Shown piece by piece: positions 1-13,208 of a stretch of DNA of 64,000 nt. The stretch comes from Octopus vulgaris. Taxonomy: Eukaryota. Numbering within the stretch: the first letter of the stretch is position 1; the number at the start of each line of letters is the position of its first letter. The notes under the pieces are model-generated. The model was not told the origin of the DNA. It saw nothing but the letters and a program-made list of their open reading frames with translations, and did no database searches. The position numbers were made by a program, and so were the translations under genes. Location of the stretch: the NCBI GenBank assembly GCA_951406725.2, contig OX597816.1:1488001-1552000 (forward strand), in the 5' to 3' direction.

Positions 1-51
1 TTTAGTAGACAGGAACTGTGGAAGCTCATCGTATATGTATGTGTGTGTATA

Positions 52-1319
52 TTAGGTTGGCAACTAAGTTCCCGCTGTTTTTTAAAATTTAAATTTTTTA
101 AAAGGTTTAATAAAAAATAACAACCAAATAAATCAATAATGTATTCACCCTTGTTGTTTACAACTTCTTCCCAACTTTCAACTAGATTTTCAATTCCTTG
201 TTGGTAGAAATCACCTGATTTCGACTCGAATAATTGATCCAACCAAGCTCTCAATTCTGCGTCAGTATTGAACAAAACCCCATGCATAGCATTTGAAAGA
301 GATCGAAAGAGGTGGAAATCCGTTGGTGCCAAATCAGGAGAGTACAGCAGGTGTGGCAGCACTTCCCAGCCATGCGTTTGAATGTCTTCCTTGGTCATAT
401 TGGCGATATGAGGGCGGGCATTGTCGTGCAACAGAAGAACTCAATGCTGGCCGATTAGGTCTCTTCTCTTGAATAGCCGTGTTGTGTTGTTCCATCTGTT
501 CAACATAGAGTTCTATGTTGACTGTTTGGTTCCGTTCAAGCAATTTCTAATGGATAATCCCTTCCCAGTCGCACCATCGTTTTACGCGGATGAAGATCTT
601 GTTTCATGCATGGTGTCGCTTGTTTACCAGGGCTAAGCCATTTCTTACGCTGCTTCATATTGCTGTACAGGCACCATTTTTCATTACCAGTAAAGATTTG
701 GTAAAGAAATCGTTGCTTGTGTCCATGAGTTGAGTGGTGACGAGCAAGCAAACCAGCGGAGACTGTGGCTCATTGACTTTTGCTGTTGTCACTTAAAGCA
801 TACGGAATCCATGCTCCATACTTCTGAACCTTTCGCATCGAGTGAAGATGCTTCTCTATAGCAGTGTAGGAGCATTCCATTTTCTCTGCCAGTTCCTTTG
901 TCGTTTGACGAGAATTTTTGTGCAAAAGTTGGTTTAATCGCTCTTCATCGAACTCAACGGGATGGCCAGAACTAGGTGTGTCTTTGAAATCAAAATTTCC
1001 ATTTTTGAACTTGGCATACCAATCATGAGCAGTTCTTTCAGCTATGGCACCCTTTCCATACACAGCACAAATGTCACAAGCAGCTTTTGTGGCCTTAGAA
1101 CCTTGATTAAAAGCAAACAGGTGTCAAAAATGCTCATTTTTCTTAACTTGACTTTCCATTTTAATGATCTGAAAATAAAAACAAAAATTAGCTAAAATTA
1201 ACTTGAAAAAACAAAAACAAAATAGATTCCAAAATGATTCAAAAATAGATTCCAAAATTTAAAAACGCAATAAATTCTAAAATTTAAAAAAAACGGTGGG
1301 AACTTAGTTGCCAATGCAA
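52..1319 (-). mobile_element. Full-length degenerate mariner (Tc1/mariner, mellifera-like) DNA transposon
   Basis: TIR TTAGGTTGGCAACTAAGTTCCCGCTGTTTTTT at 52 and imperfect inverse AAAAAACGGTGGGAACTTAGTTGCCAATGCAA ending at 1319; TA on both flanks; about 1.27 kb. Confidence 0.92.
130..1159 (-). pseudogene. Mariner transposase pseudogene (stops and frameshifts)
   Basis: Fragments in several frames: W(Y)AKFKNGNFD helix-turn-helix region, GAWIPY (WVPHEL-like), IFTGNEKW (TGDEKW with D>N), YSPDLAPTDFHLF. Confidence 0.9.
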
Positions 1320-1719
1320 TATATATATATTTGTGCGTGTGTTTGTACTCCACACTGCTCAACAAGTGTTAGTTTGGTTTATGTAACTTTGAGTCCACTC
1401 GACAATAAATACCAAACTGGAAAAAAGAAGTCCTGAGGTTGACTTGTTCAACTAAAAACTTTTCAATATGATGCCCCAGCATGGCTGCAGTCCAATGACT
1501 GAAACAAGTAAAAGATAAAAAATAATCCCAGCAATGAAGTGAAAAATATAGAATTCCAGTGTCTGACCCAGAAACACTATAAAGCCTGCTCCCCCATTTG
1601 AACTCACATCTCCTGATCTGCTTTGCAATAGCTTATCCACCTGGATATACTGGATTATCAATCTTAATAAAATAACAGATACAGAAGATATGCTGTGATT
1701 GGGAAAACCGGACAAGTAA

Positions 1720-2283
1720 AGTGAGATCAGTGTCACATAACCAGCCCATTCATCGGGTGAGTCATAAGCTTGAATCATCGGGCAATATGCTGCGCTTGAG
1801 CAGACCTTTTGAGTCAAGTAAAACCAAAAGCAAATCGAGATTGAAATGGAAATTGCAGTTGTGGCTGATGCCAGTGCCGCCAAACTGGCACCTGTGCTGG
1901 TGGCACACAATAAGCACCATTCAAGCGTGGATTGATGCCAGTGCGGCCTAACTGGCACCTGTGCTGGTGGCGCATAAAAAGCACCATCTGAACATGGTCG
2001 ATGCCAGCCCCCCTGCTCCTGGACTGGCTCCTGTGCTCTCGGCATGTAAAAGCAACATCTGAACGTGGTTGATGCTAGTGCTGCCTGACTAGCTCCCATG
2101 CCAGTGGCACGTAAAAAGCACCCACTACATTCTCGGAGTGGTTGGCGTTAAGGAAGGGCATCCAGCTGTAGAAACTCTGCCAGATCAGATTGGAGCCTGG
2201 TGCAGCCCACTGACTTGCCAGTCCCCATTCAAACCGTCCTACCCATGCCAGCATGGAAAGCGGACGTTAAACGATGATGATGA
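1720..2283 (+). mobile_element. SINE-like repeat with internal GCCAGTGGCAC..AAAAGCACC subrepeats and (GAT)n tail
   Basis: Shared 3' core GGCGTTAGGAAGGGCATCCAGCTGTAGAAAC...CATGGAAAGCGGACGTTAAACGATGATGA; other copies near 4331-4585, 21142-21277, 38370-38780, 40070-40400(-), 40685-40878(-), 45651-45923, 48175-48345. Confidence 0.8.
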
Positions 2284-2453
2284 GAAAGCACTTTTCTTGT
2301 CTATACTCCCATGTTCACATTGAGAGAGATTTTCTCCATGGCTGGAGATGTTTTCTTGGAACAGTGGAAATAAAGGAGACTTCTGGTATGGCAATGTGAC
2401 ATTTGTTTACAGCTGTCACATGATGTCAAGACAAAGCGGAACACAGACACATG

Positions 2454-2501
<48 letters not shown>

Positions 2502-3879
2502 AACATGCATGCCAGAGTTCTTTCTCACACACACACGCACACACGTATTATATCTTCATTTGGTCCCAAGATAAGAAACTAAATCAGTATCTGTTGACCT
2601 GTGAAGTTATATTTATTATCCTTGAGATTAGATTGAAAACCCTTCCATGCATTCTCTTCTCTCACAAAAGCAACAACAAAGAACAAAACCAGGCAGAATA
2701 AATTGCACTTTTGCATGTTGTAAAAAGTTTCCTTTTTATCTTGTCAATCTATAACTGGTGTCAGTTGGAAGTCACTATGGTTGGACTGTAATAAATCTTG
2801 TTGAGGACAAGTGAGGGGGAGAGAGAGTGAGGGAGGGGGGGCGTGTTAAATGGAAGTGTTTGAATACCTTCATACAGAGAGATTTCTTAGGAACAATGTT
2901 AACTCTGGGGAAGGAGGTGGGGGATTTCATTATCATCATCATCATCATCATCATCATCATCGTTCACCATGTATTTTCTGTACTTTCATGGGTTTTGTGT
3001 GGTTTAACAGAAGTCAAGAAAGCAGAGGACTGCCCTAAGCTCCAAGGTCTGTTTTGGTATGATTTCTGTGACTGGATGCCATTCCTGATGCCAACCACTT
3101 GACAGAACGTACTGGGTGACGTGGTGCCAGCACAAGTGAAGTCACCAAGCAACTCACAAGACTGGACCCCCACAACTGAGGAAGGGGTGTAGTGTTGGGT
3201 GGGGGCTGGGGAAGTGTCTTTATGTCAGGTGTTGAGACATTAAAGTATGATGGAGGGACAGAAACAAGTGTCTTGCTGTAGGATGCATGGTTACCCCAGT
3301 GGACAAAAGGAACGAAAAGATGTGTGGTGAGTCATCTGGATATTGTCCAGTCTGTTGACCAATCTGTCCAGCTTAGGCAGCCTTACACACTGTCAGTGGT
3401 GTTGCTCTCGGTCAAACACACCCATCCATATCTAAGAACTGGGGGTATTTGTCAGAACAAATTACTTTGACTCGAGTATTTCACTAGTTTTTGCTTTATT
3501 GACCCTTGGGGTGGGGTTAGGGGGTCTGAAACTAAATTTATTGGCTGTCATCATCATCATCATCATCATCATCATTTAATGTCTGTTGTCCATGCTGGCA
3601 TGGGTTGGATGGTTTGACCAGAGCTGGCGAGGTGGGGAACTGCTCCAGACTCCACTCTGATTTGCTATGGTTTCTCTGGCTCCTTATGCCAACCACTCTG
3701 AGAGTGTAATGTGCCACCACATGGGCACTTTAATGTGCTCCCGCATGAATACTTTTTACGCGACTCCACACGGGTTCTTTATGTGGCACCACTATGAGTG
3801 CTTTACACCACCAGAAGGACCGGTCTTAACACTTCTGCTACAGAATACGGGTCTTCTTGAGTAGTGAAAGGTGCCAGGC

Positions 3880-4215
3880 ATCTCAGTCCTTTATCATCTT
3901 GTCTGAAAGGTTCTGAGGTCCTTCTTCAGTACTTCACCCCATGTCATGCACACAGCAATTAATTCCGCTTATGCTTCTCTCTCAACACACCAGCACTTTG
4001 TCGAACATGTACACTTACGTTGCACATCCAGCAAAGCATACCAGCTTCATTCCTCTCTAACCATTGCATGTCCTCTACATTCAGGGCCCATGTCTCACTA
4101 CCATGTAGCATTGCTGTCTGTACACATGCATCATTCAATCTTCTTTTCACTTGGAGAGAGAAGCCTTTTGTGGCTAATGGAGGTAACAGCTCTCTGAATT
4201 TCCTCCATCTGTAAA
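3880..4215 (-). mobile_element. RTE-type LINE 3' fragment
   Basis: Translation MLHGSETWALNVEDMQWLERNEAGMLCWMCNVS resembles the post-RT 'LYGSETW...E..MLRW' region of RTE-clade LINEs. Confidence 0.7.
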
Positions 4216-6275
4216 CTCAGTGAGGCAAGAAAATATTTGGAAATTTAGTTATTTTCAACACGTAAAACCAACCTGACATTAAGAAAGAAGATGGGATCAC
4301 AAACTGCTGAAAAAATGGTAAAATTTGTATGGACTGGCTCCTGTGCGGGTGGCATGTAAAAAGCACCATTTGAGCATGGCTGTTGCCAGTACCGCCTGAC
4401 TGACTTTCGTGCCGGTGGCACGCAAAAGCACCTGCTACACTCTCGGGGTGGTTGGCATTAGGAAGGGCATCCAGCTGTAGCAACTCTGCCAGATCAGATT
4501 GGAGCCTGCTGCAGCCATCTGGTTCGCCAGTCCTCAGTCAAAACGTCCAACCCATGCTAGCATGGAAAGCGGACGTTAAACGATGAGGTTTGTGATAAAA
4601 CGAAATGTTATGCAAATTTAGTCCAGTTCAACCTCTGCGTTGTTTATAAATCCATAAGTATTATGTTATATGTGATTGCTGGACACACACACACACCAAT
4701 TTGAGAAGATGGCATCATAATTCACTGAATCAAAGCATTTATTCATTAAACATAGTAATACAGCTAATTAGAAATTATTTAAAGATAATTGATGTCTGCT
4801 GGAATAAATACATGAAGAGAACGAATCCTGAAAATTATTTATATAGAAAAAATATACAACGTAGCTGCAGGAGTGGCTGTCTGGTAAAAATGAACTTGCT
4901 TTCTAACCACATGGTTCTGGGTTCAGTCCCACTGCATGGCACCTTGGGCAAGTGTCTTCTTCTATAGCCTCAGGCCTACCAAAGCCTTGTGAATGGATTT
5001 GGTTGACGGAAACTGAAAGAAGCCCATCATATTTATATATATATACTAGCTTAAAAGCCACCCAATTATGATCATATTTGCCGTTAAAAATCATGTAAAA
5101 AAAAAAACCGAAAACAATCACAGTAATGAAAACATAGGAATCCAAAATTTCAGGATTGCAGATCTGGATTCGGCCTGGAATGTTTTTTAAGAGGAGGTCT
5201 TTTGGAATACAACCATCATTTGTGTAAAGCACATAACTAAGCCATTGTGGTTGTATTTAGTGGAAGGTGAACACAAAAGGGATGTTTACCCAGATAAACA
5301 TGTCACTGTTGCAGATTCTGTCCTGCCATTTGAACCCAAGGATTCTGTATTGGCAGAAGAGTTATGTTGTCTGTATTAGTTGCCACAGCACAAGTTGTGC
5401 CAAGAACCCCCACCCCTCCCTTCTCCACCTTCTCCACCTCTGCAGTTGTTCTCAGCTGTTTCGTTTCTTATGTTTTCTTAGTGAATCTCTTTAGTGTTGG
5501 TGTTTTGTATGTTTTAAATGGGTCGTGAGTAAATGTTGGTTGGTTGTAGTCAGTACGAGGTCGAGGTCGTTCTGGTTTGATCTGAAAGAATGGACTGATA
5601 AATAAAAGTAGATCAGAGAGAGAGAGAGAGAGAGAGCAAGACAGTGTGTGTGGGGTGGGATGGGGTGGGGTGGAGATTGTTCAACTTTTATCTCACCTGG
5701 TTTTCATTACAAACACACCAAATCGTTTTTATTATTGTCCAATGTTTAGAAATAAATTGTGTTCATATTTCATTTATTTGTTTTTATTTTTTATGTTTTG
5801 CTTGTATCAGTCATTGGGCTGTGGCCATGCTGGGGCACTGACTTGAAAGATTTTAGGCAAGCAAATTGATCCCAGGACTTAGGTTATTTTTAAGTCTATT
5901 ATTTATTCTATCAGTCTTTTTGCTGAACCACTAAGTTAAGGGAACATGACCACACCAACGCCAGTTGTCAAGGGGTGGTGGGTGACAAAGATACATACTT
6001 ATAGGCATATACCATCATCATCATCATCATCATCATGATGACCTCCTTCTCTCCCTCCTTTTCACCTACATTTTAACCTTTCCATGCTTGAATGACTTGG
6101 ATGAAAATTGTTGAGGCAGATTTTTCCACACCTGGCTGCCCTTCTGTTGCCAACCCTCACCTGTTTCCAATTAAGGTAATATTTCTTCTAGTCAATGTCA
6201 TTTGCATGAAAGTGACTTACTTGTTTGCAGCTATCACACAAAGTCAAGGCAAAGGTGACAGAGATATATATATAT

Positions 6276-6672
6276 AGGCGTAGGAGTGGCTGTGTGGTAA
6301 GTAGCTTGCTTACCAACCACATGGTTCTGGGTTCAGTCCCACTGCGTGGCACCTTGGGCAAGTGTCTTCTACTATAGCCTTGGGCTGTCCAAAGCCTTGT
6401 GAGTGTATTTGGTAGATGGAAACTGAAAGAAGCCCGTCGTATATATGTATATATATAAGTGTGTGTGTATATGTTTGTGTGTCTGTGTTTGTCCCCGCAA
6501 CATCGCTTGACAACCAATGCTGGTGTGTTTACATCCCCGTAACTTAGTGGTTTGGCAAAACAGACCAATAGAATAAGTACAAGGCTTACAAAGAATAGGT
6601 CCTGGAGTTGATTTGCTCGACTGAAGGCGATGCTCCAGCATGGCTGCAGTCAAATGACTGAAACAAGTAAAA
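6276..6672 (+). mobile_element. tRNA-headed SINE with central (TA)/(TG) microsatellite (intact reference copy)
   Basis: Head GGAGTGGCTGTGTGGTAAG..GGTTCAGTCCC with A/B-box-like motifs, central TA/TG tract, tail GCAGTCAAATGACTGAAACAAGTAAAAGA; many copies (4868, 7580-7930(-), 11770, 19428-19582(-), 40990-41150(-), 57670-58010(-)). Confidence 0.85.
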
Positions 6673-7122
6673 GATATATATATATCTATAAATGCTCTAA
6701 TATCTATGCAGCCTTGGTTCTTTTCATCTCATTACGCAAAAAATTCTTATATATAATATATATACATACTAGCAGTATAACCCAGCCCTGCCTGGGATTA
6801 AGTTACGATTATTAAGCTAATCAAGTTCTTTATTTCAAACCAAACTAAGTAATATTGACTCTCAACAAAACACTTTTTACTTGGCGTGAAATAAAAACAA
6901 AATTCTTTCGCACCCAAAGTAATGTGTGTGAGAGAGAGAGGGGGAAGAAAGATGAATGATTTAAACTAAATATATTGTAATTGTTGTGTGAGAAAGTATA
7001 TATACTATGATTATAAAATATAGTGTCTTTCAAAAACATCCTGAATTTGAACACTATATCTCATGTTTAAGAAAAAACAAAACATTTTACATTTTATTTT
7101 TTATGAACGTCATAACTTACTG

Positions 7123-7157
<35 letters not shown>

Positions 7158-7462
7158 CTTCTCTGACTTTGTCTTTCCAGTGAAACTCTCTGTGTCCTTC
7201 TTCCACTTTTCTTTTGTTAGACGCCATCGAAAAAGCTATGGCTGATATTTTTTATGTCTAAAAGCTATGTCTGAAAATTGATTCCCCCCCTCTCAGTATC
7301 CACGGGTATCTTGGGGGAAAAAATAAGTTGACAAAACCCAGATAGGGTGTTGACGAATGTCCTCCTAAAATTTGAGCGACATGCGTGCTAATTTGTGGAT
7401 GTGCATAAATTACAATCACATACGTATACACACACGCACACACATCATGCCTTTTATAGATA

Positions 7463-7518
<56 letters not shown>

Positions 7519-9109
7519 TATAAATGAGGGCAAAAGAAAAAAAATTTCGATGCCAATATATTTTTTCTTTTACCCCTATTTTGTTTGTTTCAGTCATGTG
7601 ACCATGCTTCGGCACCACCTTGAAGGATTTTAGTCGAACAAATCAACCCCAGTTTTTATTTTCTTTTTGCTGAACTGCTAACTTACAGGGATGTAAACAC
7701 TGGTTGTCAAGTGGTGGTGGTGGTGGTGGGGGGGACATACACTGACACAAAGACACACACACACACACACATGGAGATACATATACAATGGGCTTCTTTC
7801 AGTTTCTGTCTACCAAATCCACTCACAAGGCTTTGGTTGGCCCAAAGCTATAATAGAAGACACTTGCCTAAGTTCTGAACCTGGAACCATGTGATTGGAA
7901 AGCAAACTTCTTACCACACAGCCACACCTGTGCCTATCTCTATAAGGGTAATATTTATTTCTTGATTGCCCACAGGGGGTTAAACATAGAGGAGACAAAC
8001 AAGGACAAAGGGATTAAGTCAATTACATCGATCCCAGTATGTAACTGGTACTTATTTAATTGACCCCGAAAGGATGAAAGGCAAAGTCAACCTCAGCGGA
8101 ATTTGAACTCGGAACGAAATACTGGCAGACGAAATACCACTGAGCTCACTGCCTTTCTATAATGGTAATATTAATGGTAGAAACCATCTTGAACTTGTTA
8201 TAGTAAGTTATTATCTGAAGCAGCTGATTTGAGATTTGAATTTAAATTCTGAACCCTTTCATAGAAACAGGTTGGCATTAAAAGTGTTCATCATACACAA
8301 ATGACAACTCCTTCATGAGGAATATAGACTTTCCTCAGCTTATTCCAGATGAAGACAGTCTACTTACTTCAGTATTTTAGGTTATTGAATTATGATTGTT
8401 GTAAATGGAACAACACTCCTCATCCTTCCCTCTTTTCTATTCCTTAACCCCCCCCCTAACCATCTGTCACTCTCCTCTTACAATCTTATGAACATGCTTC
8501 ACGATCCTTTCTATTCTCTCTTATAATCCCCATCTTTGTATCTTGAGAATAAACTCTCTGACACCTCATCACCCCATCATTGTCTTTTTTCCAGCTAATC
8601 CCATCCACCCTTAATATAAGGTGAAGTCGCTATGTATGTCCCCTTTAGTAAAACACCTGTGCCTGTCCCTTTATCATATTTTAGCTTCTCAGCACCTCAC
8701 ATAAAGCTACCCCTCTCTTTACTCTATCAAAGACACCTTTTCTTTGTCTTGTGAGGTACTTGGTCGCCTCACTAGTGTTGGTGCCACAATAAAATACACC
8801 CCGAACACCGTGTAAAGTCATTGGTGTTAAGAAGGGCATCCAGCAGTAGAAACCATGCCAGAGGTGACATTGAGGCACAATGCTATCCTCCTGCCCTTTG
8901 GTTACTCTCAAATTGTCCATCTTTCCTGCCAATGTAGAAAATGAATGTTAAATGATGGTGATGGTGGGGCTGTTGTAGATTTCTCTAAAGTCATTTCTAA
9001 CTCACCAGAAACACTAAAAGACATGAGCTATTAATACTTTTTAATCCAAAATATATTTAATTACAAATTTTGCTGAAACGTAAAATTAAGGAATTTTGCT
9101 ATTTTCCAG

Positions 9110-9323
9110 AATATGTCATCCAGCTGGAATCACAGCGGGGAGAGCAATGCAAGTAATCCAGCCACAAACAACAACAATTCCGATAATGCATCCGAGGATC
9201 TATCCAATGATGCAGAAGGTGTATGGAGTCCGGACATTGAACAGAGTTTCCAGGAAGCTTTGGCTATTTACCCTCCCTGTGGCCGAAGAAAAATAATTTT
9301 GTCAGATGAAGGGAAAATGTATG
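9110..9323 (+). CDS. TEAD: TEAD/scalloped exon: N-terminus and first part of the TEA DNA-binding domain (ATG at 9113)
   Basis: [39 protein letters not shown] is the canonical TEA-domain start; acceptor ttttccAG before 9110; donor GTGAGT at 9324 (phase 1). Confidence 0.97.
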
Positions 9324-10934
9324 GTGAGTAGTGAAGAATATGTTTTTACCATTTTCAATTCCTGGAATGTCAACATGGTTTATTGCATTTTAAGATTTCA
9401 TTCCTTGAATTGATCGTTAAATTCCTATTTTAATTCTTTATCATTTAAACCAGCCATATCCAGCCTCTCACACCTCTCCTACATTGTCATTCTAAAAATA
9501 AACAATCACATCATTGAAATCTGAAAGCTACAGTGTGAATAAATAAGCATAAGAATAATCTGACAGCCCAAAGGGTTAATTAAATTAGGTTTTAATTATA
9601 GAAATGCATGACATGGAGAGAGAAGAGAACTTTATCCTGATCCAAATAAATAAGTTAGATTAAAGATCAGAGGAGTTAATGTTAAACAAGGCTGATGCTT
9701 CAACTAATTCAGCTTGATTAATTACTATGACTAATTAATATAAGAAAGTCTAATCCCTGTGTGCTATAAAATAAGCTTAGTATATTGGTACCAGATGTGG
9801 CAGTGCAGTAAAGAAGCCTGTTTGCTGATTGTGAGGTTTCAAGTTCAGTCTCTGTCTACAGAACCTTCGGTGAATGTCTTCGACTTGACCCCGGACCACC
9901 GAAAGCCTTGGTGTATGGATTCGGAAACTTAGTTCATTGCGTATATGAGCAAATAAGTGCATGTGTGTGTTTGTCCCTCATCGTAATGGTGAGGGTTGTA
10001 AACAAGCCTCACTGTTATACAAGCAGTGTCGTTCATTTCCAGTCTTCTGTGGAAAACATTTCTGTTCATGAAAAAGTATTACCTTGGAAAACAGGTGAGG
10101 GTTGGCAACAGGAAGGGCGTCCATCCGTAGAAAATCTGCATCAACAAATTCCATCTGATTTTATACAAGCATAGAAAAGTGGACGTTGAATGATGATGAT
10201 GATGATTAGTTAAAGAGTTTTCAACCAAGATATGGTTACCTAGATACAGACTGTGACTTAAAGTATTTAGTACGATCCAAGTCCCAACACAAACCAATAA
10301 AGATGCGTTCTTCAAAGCTGGCAGCAAATAAATATTAATTTGGTTTGAACATAGGATGCCATGAAACCAATCTTCTGTTTCCACTTGGAAGTCAGAACAG
10401 ACTTTTGATTGAAGAACGTGAGAAACGGTTTTAAGTAGCTCAAACCTAGGAAGCAATACACAGAGGCATTGCACTCCTGACGCAGCTTCTCATTTAAAAG
10501 TTATGAAAAAAGAAGAGAAAAAAAAAGCATCTCAAATTTCATTTTGCTTATTTTGTCTACAAGCAAATTTTTGCAGGAAAATTATGAACCTATCGCATTA
10601 GATTAGTTATTAAAGTATAGCTGACATTGCGTGTGTGTGTGTGTGTGTGTGTGCTAACAGGTTGAACCTTTTCGCATAAGATTAACCCTGTTGTTCCCTT
10701 CTTTCTGCTTAAATCCACTGCTTTTGTTTCAATTAATTTTGAAAATAAGGAATTTGCTAAAAATAACTGTCATTAATACTTTAATGTTTGGAACGCAAAT
10801 CAACCTGGAATTTGGATGGAAGGGTTTTGTTTAAGGTAACTTTAAAAGCAAGGGGTTTGTCTCAAAGAACCAAGGTTGGTCTCTGGTTGGTTGGCATCAA
10901 AAGAGAGACTAAATGTTTCGTTTTTTTTCTTTAA

Positions 10935-11158
10935 CCCTTTTGGTACCGTATTTATTTTGAGATGCTTTGTGTTTCTGTCAAATTAATTTTAAATATAACA
11001 AAGAATTTAGTAAAATAACTTCGTTATCATTAAGCTAGTGTTAAGAACATAAATTGTGACTAAGGTTTGGTGGAAGATTTTCATTCAGAACTTTTGAAAA
11101 CAAGACATTTGTACTACAGAGCCCAGAGACGGTATCGAAAGGGTTGGTATCGAAAGGG
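10935..11158. mobile_element. TTAA-flanked MITE with CCCTTT...AAAGGG ends (piggyBac-like)
   Basis: TTAA|CCCTTTTGGTACC...GGTATCGAAAGGG|TTAA; near-identical copy at 50729-50939; diverged copies near 10682, 20120, 20855, 24033, 36150, 62730. Confidence 0.7.
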
Positions 11159-12204
11159 TTAATATTCATCATCATCATCATCCTAATTGTCATTGTCTTA
11201 CATCACTTGTTGGATGCTGAAACAGATTGGAGAGATTTCTTTATAATGACTCGTTCCTGGTGCCGTGAACCATTTCCTAAACATTGACAACAAGACAATG
11301 GTAAATGTCTTGGCAATCTGTATAACGTGGTTTTTGGTTTACAATCATAAGGCTGTGAGTTCAATTCCTAGTGGTGCCATGTGTCCTTGAGCAAGACACT
11401 TTATTTCGCATTGTTCCAGTCTGCTCAGCTGGCAAAAACGAGCTGTACCTGTAATTCACAAGGGTCCAGCCTTGTCACATTTTGGGTCCTGCTGAATCCC
11501 TCTGACAACTAAGTTAAGGATGCATGCATCTGTGGAGCGCTCAGCCACTTGCACATTAATTTCAGTTTTTTTTCTGTTGATTGGATCAACAGGGACCCTT
11601 CTTGTTGTTGTAACATGAAACTGCCCTTAATTTGCAAATACCAACTAAATAACAACAAAACTAATTTACTAAGTTATTTATTTTCCAAATTAATTGATAG
11701 AAAAGGGTCCAAGTCAGAGCAACTCCCATTTCGGGTTTAAATATAATAAGCATATGAAGGTAGGGAGCTATGAGGTTGAGAAGCTTGCTTTGCAACCATG
11801 TGGTTTGGAGTTCAGTCCCACTGCATGGCACCTTGGGCAAGTGTCTTCTACTATAGCCCAAGGCCAACCAAAGCCTTGTGAGTGGATTTGGAGGAAAACT
11901 GTGTGGAAGCCTGTCATGTATGTATGTATATATATGTATGTGTATGTGTGTGTGTTTATGTTTTTGAGTTTGTTCCCTATCAACACTTAACTGGTGTTGC
12001 TTTGTTTATGTCCTCTTAGCAGTTCATCAAAAAAGACTCCCATAGAATATGTTCTAGGCTTAAAAATAAGGACTGGGGTTGATTTATTCAGCTAAATCTT
12101 TTAATGTGGTGCCCCAGTATGACCACAGTCTAATGAGAGATAAATCTCCATCCAGTGAGAGATAAATATCATCTCATGGAAACTGTGCTCATTCAATTAT
12201 ATAT

Positions 12205-12506
<302 letters not shown>

Positions 12507-12669
12507 GGTGTGTGTGATTGTGTATAGAAGAATATATTAATAAAAAGAATTCCAACCTTGTCTGATTTTCACGTTTTATTTACAATCTTATAATGATATA
12601 TTATAAGATAATATATTATAATTGAATAAAATAAAATGAAATAGTAGAATGTTAAATATTCATTCTGAT

Positions 12670-12714
12670 TGAACTAGTACTTTCATGCATTGAATTCTGC
12701 AATCTTCGGGTTCA
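12670..12714 (-). ncRNA. Minimal type I hammerhead ribozyme (mirror copy)
   Basis: Exact reverse complement of 19218-19262. Confidence 0.75.
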
Positions 12715-13208
12715 TGTAGTAGTGTTGACAGTCATGCTTCACAATTTTTGACTGTAGCAAGATGAGTGATTCTGTGCTATAAATACAGCTGGGTAGGCTC
12801 CAGAGTGCTAGGTTTTGCAAACTGTATTCTGACCAATCAGTGTGTAGTATCACTCAATTACTTAAGCTGATTGGTTGGTTGAGCTGATTGGTTTAGGCAT
12901 CACGCTTTGTTGGACAGGTCAAGAGTCCTGTATCTTGACCCTGGCCGAAGCAGCAATTGTTGGGTTATTTTTAGAAATGTTGTAAATATCCTTTGTCAGA
13001 GATTTTTATATTTTTATATTTCAATTGTCATCATCATCATTGTCAGCACCTTAATTATTGTTGCTAGTGGTGATGGTGGTGGCAATAGAACTTTTAACCC
13101 TAAATAAGATAATTTTCCTGCTATCTTCGTCTTGATCACCTTTAGTATTGTTGTTGTTGTTAGTGGTCATGGTCGTAGCAGTGGAAGTAATACCTCTAAG
13201 TATTATTA

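Noticed and set aside
1452-2099. 215-aa minus-strand ORF
   Set aside because: It runs through SINE subrepeats and has no recognisable domain.
6276-6345. tRNA genes
   Set aside because: The A/B-box-like heads continue into SINE bodies and I cannot build a full cloverleaf.
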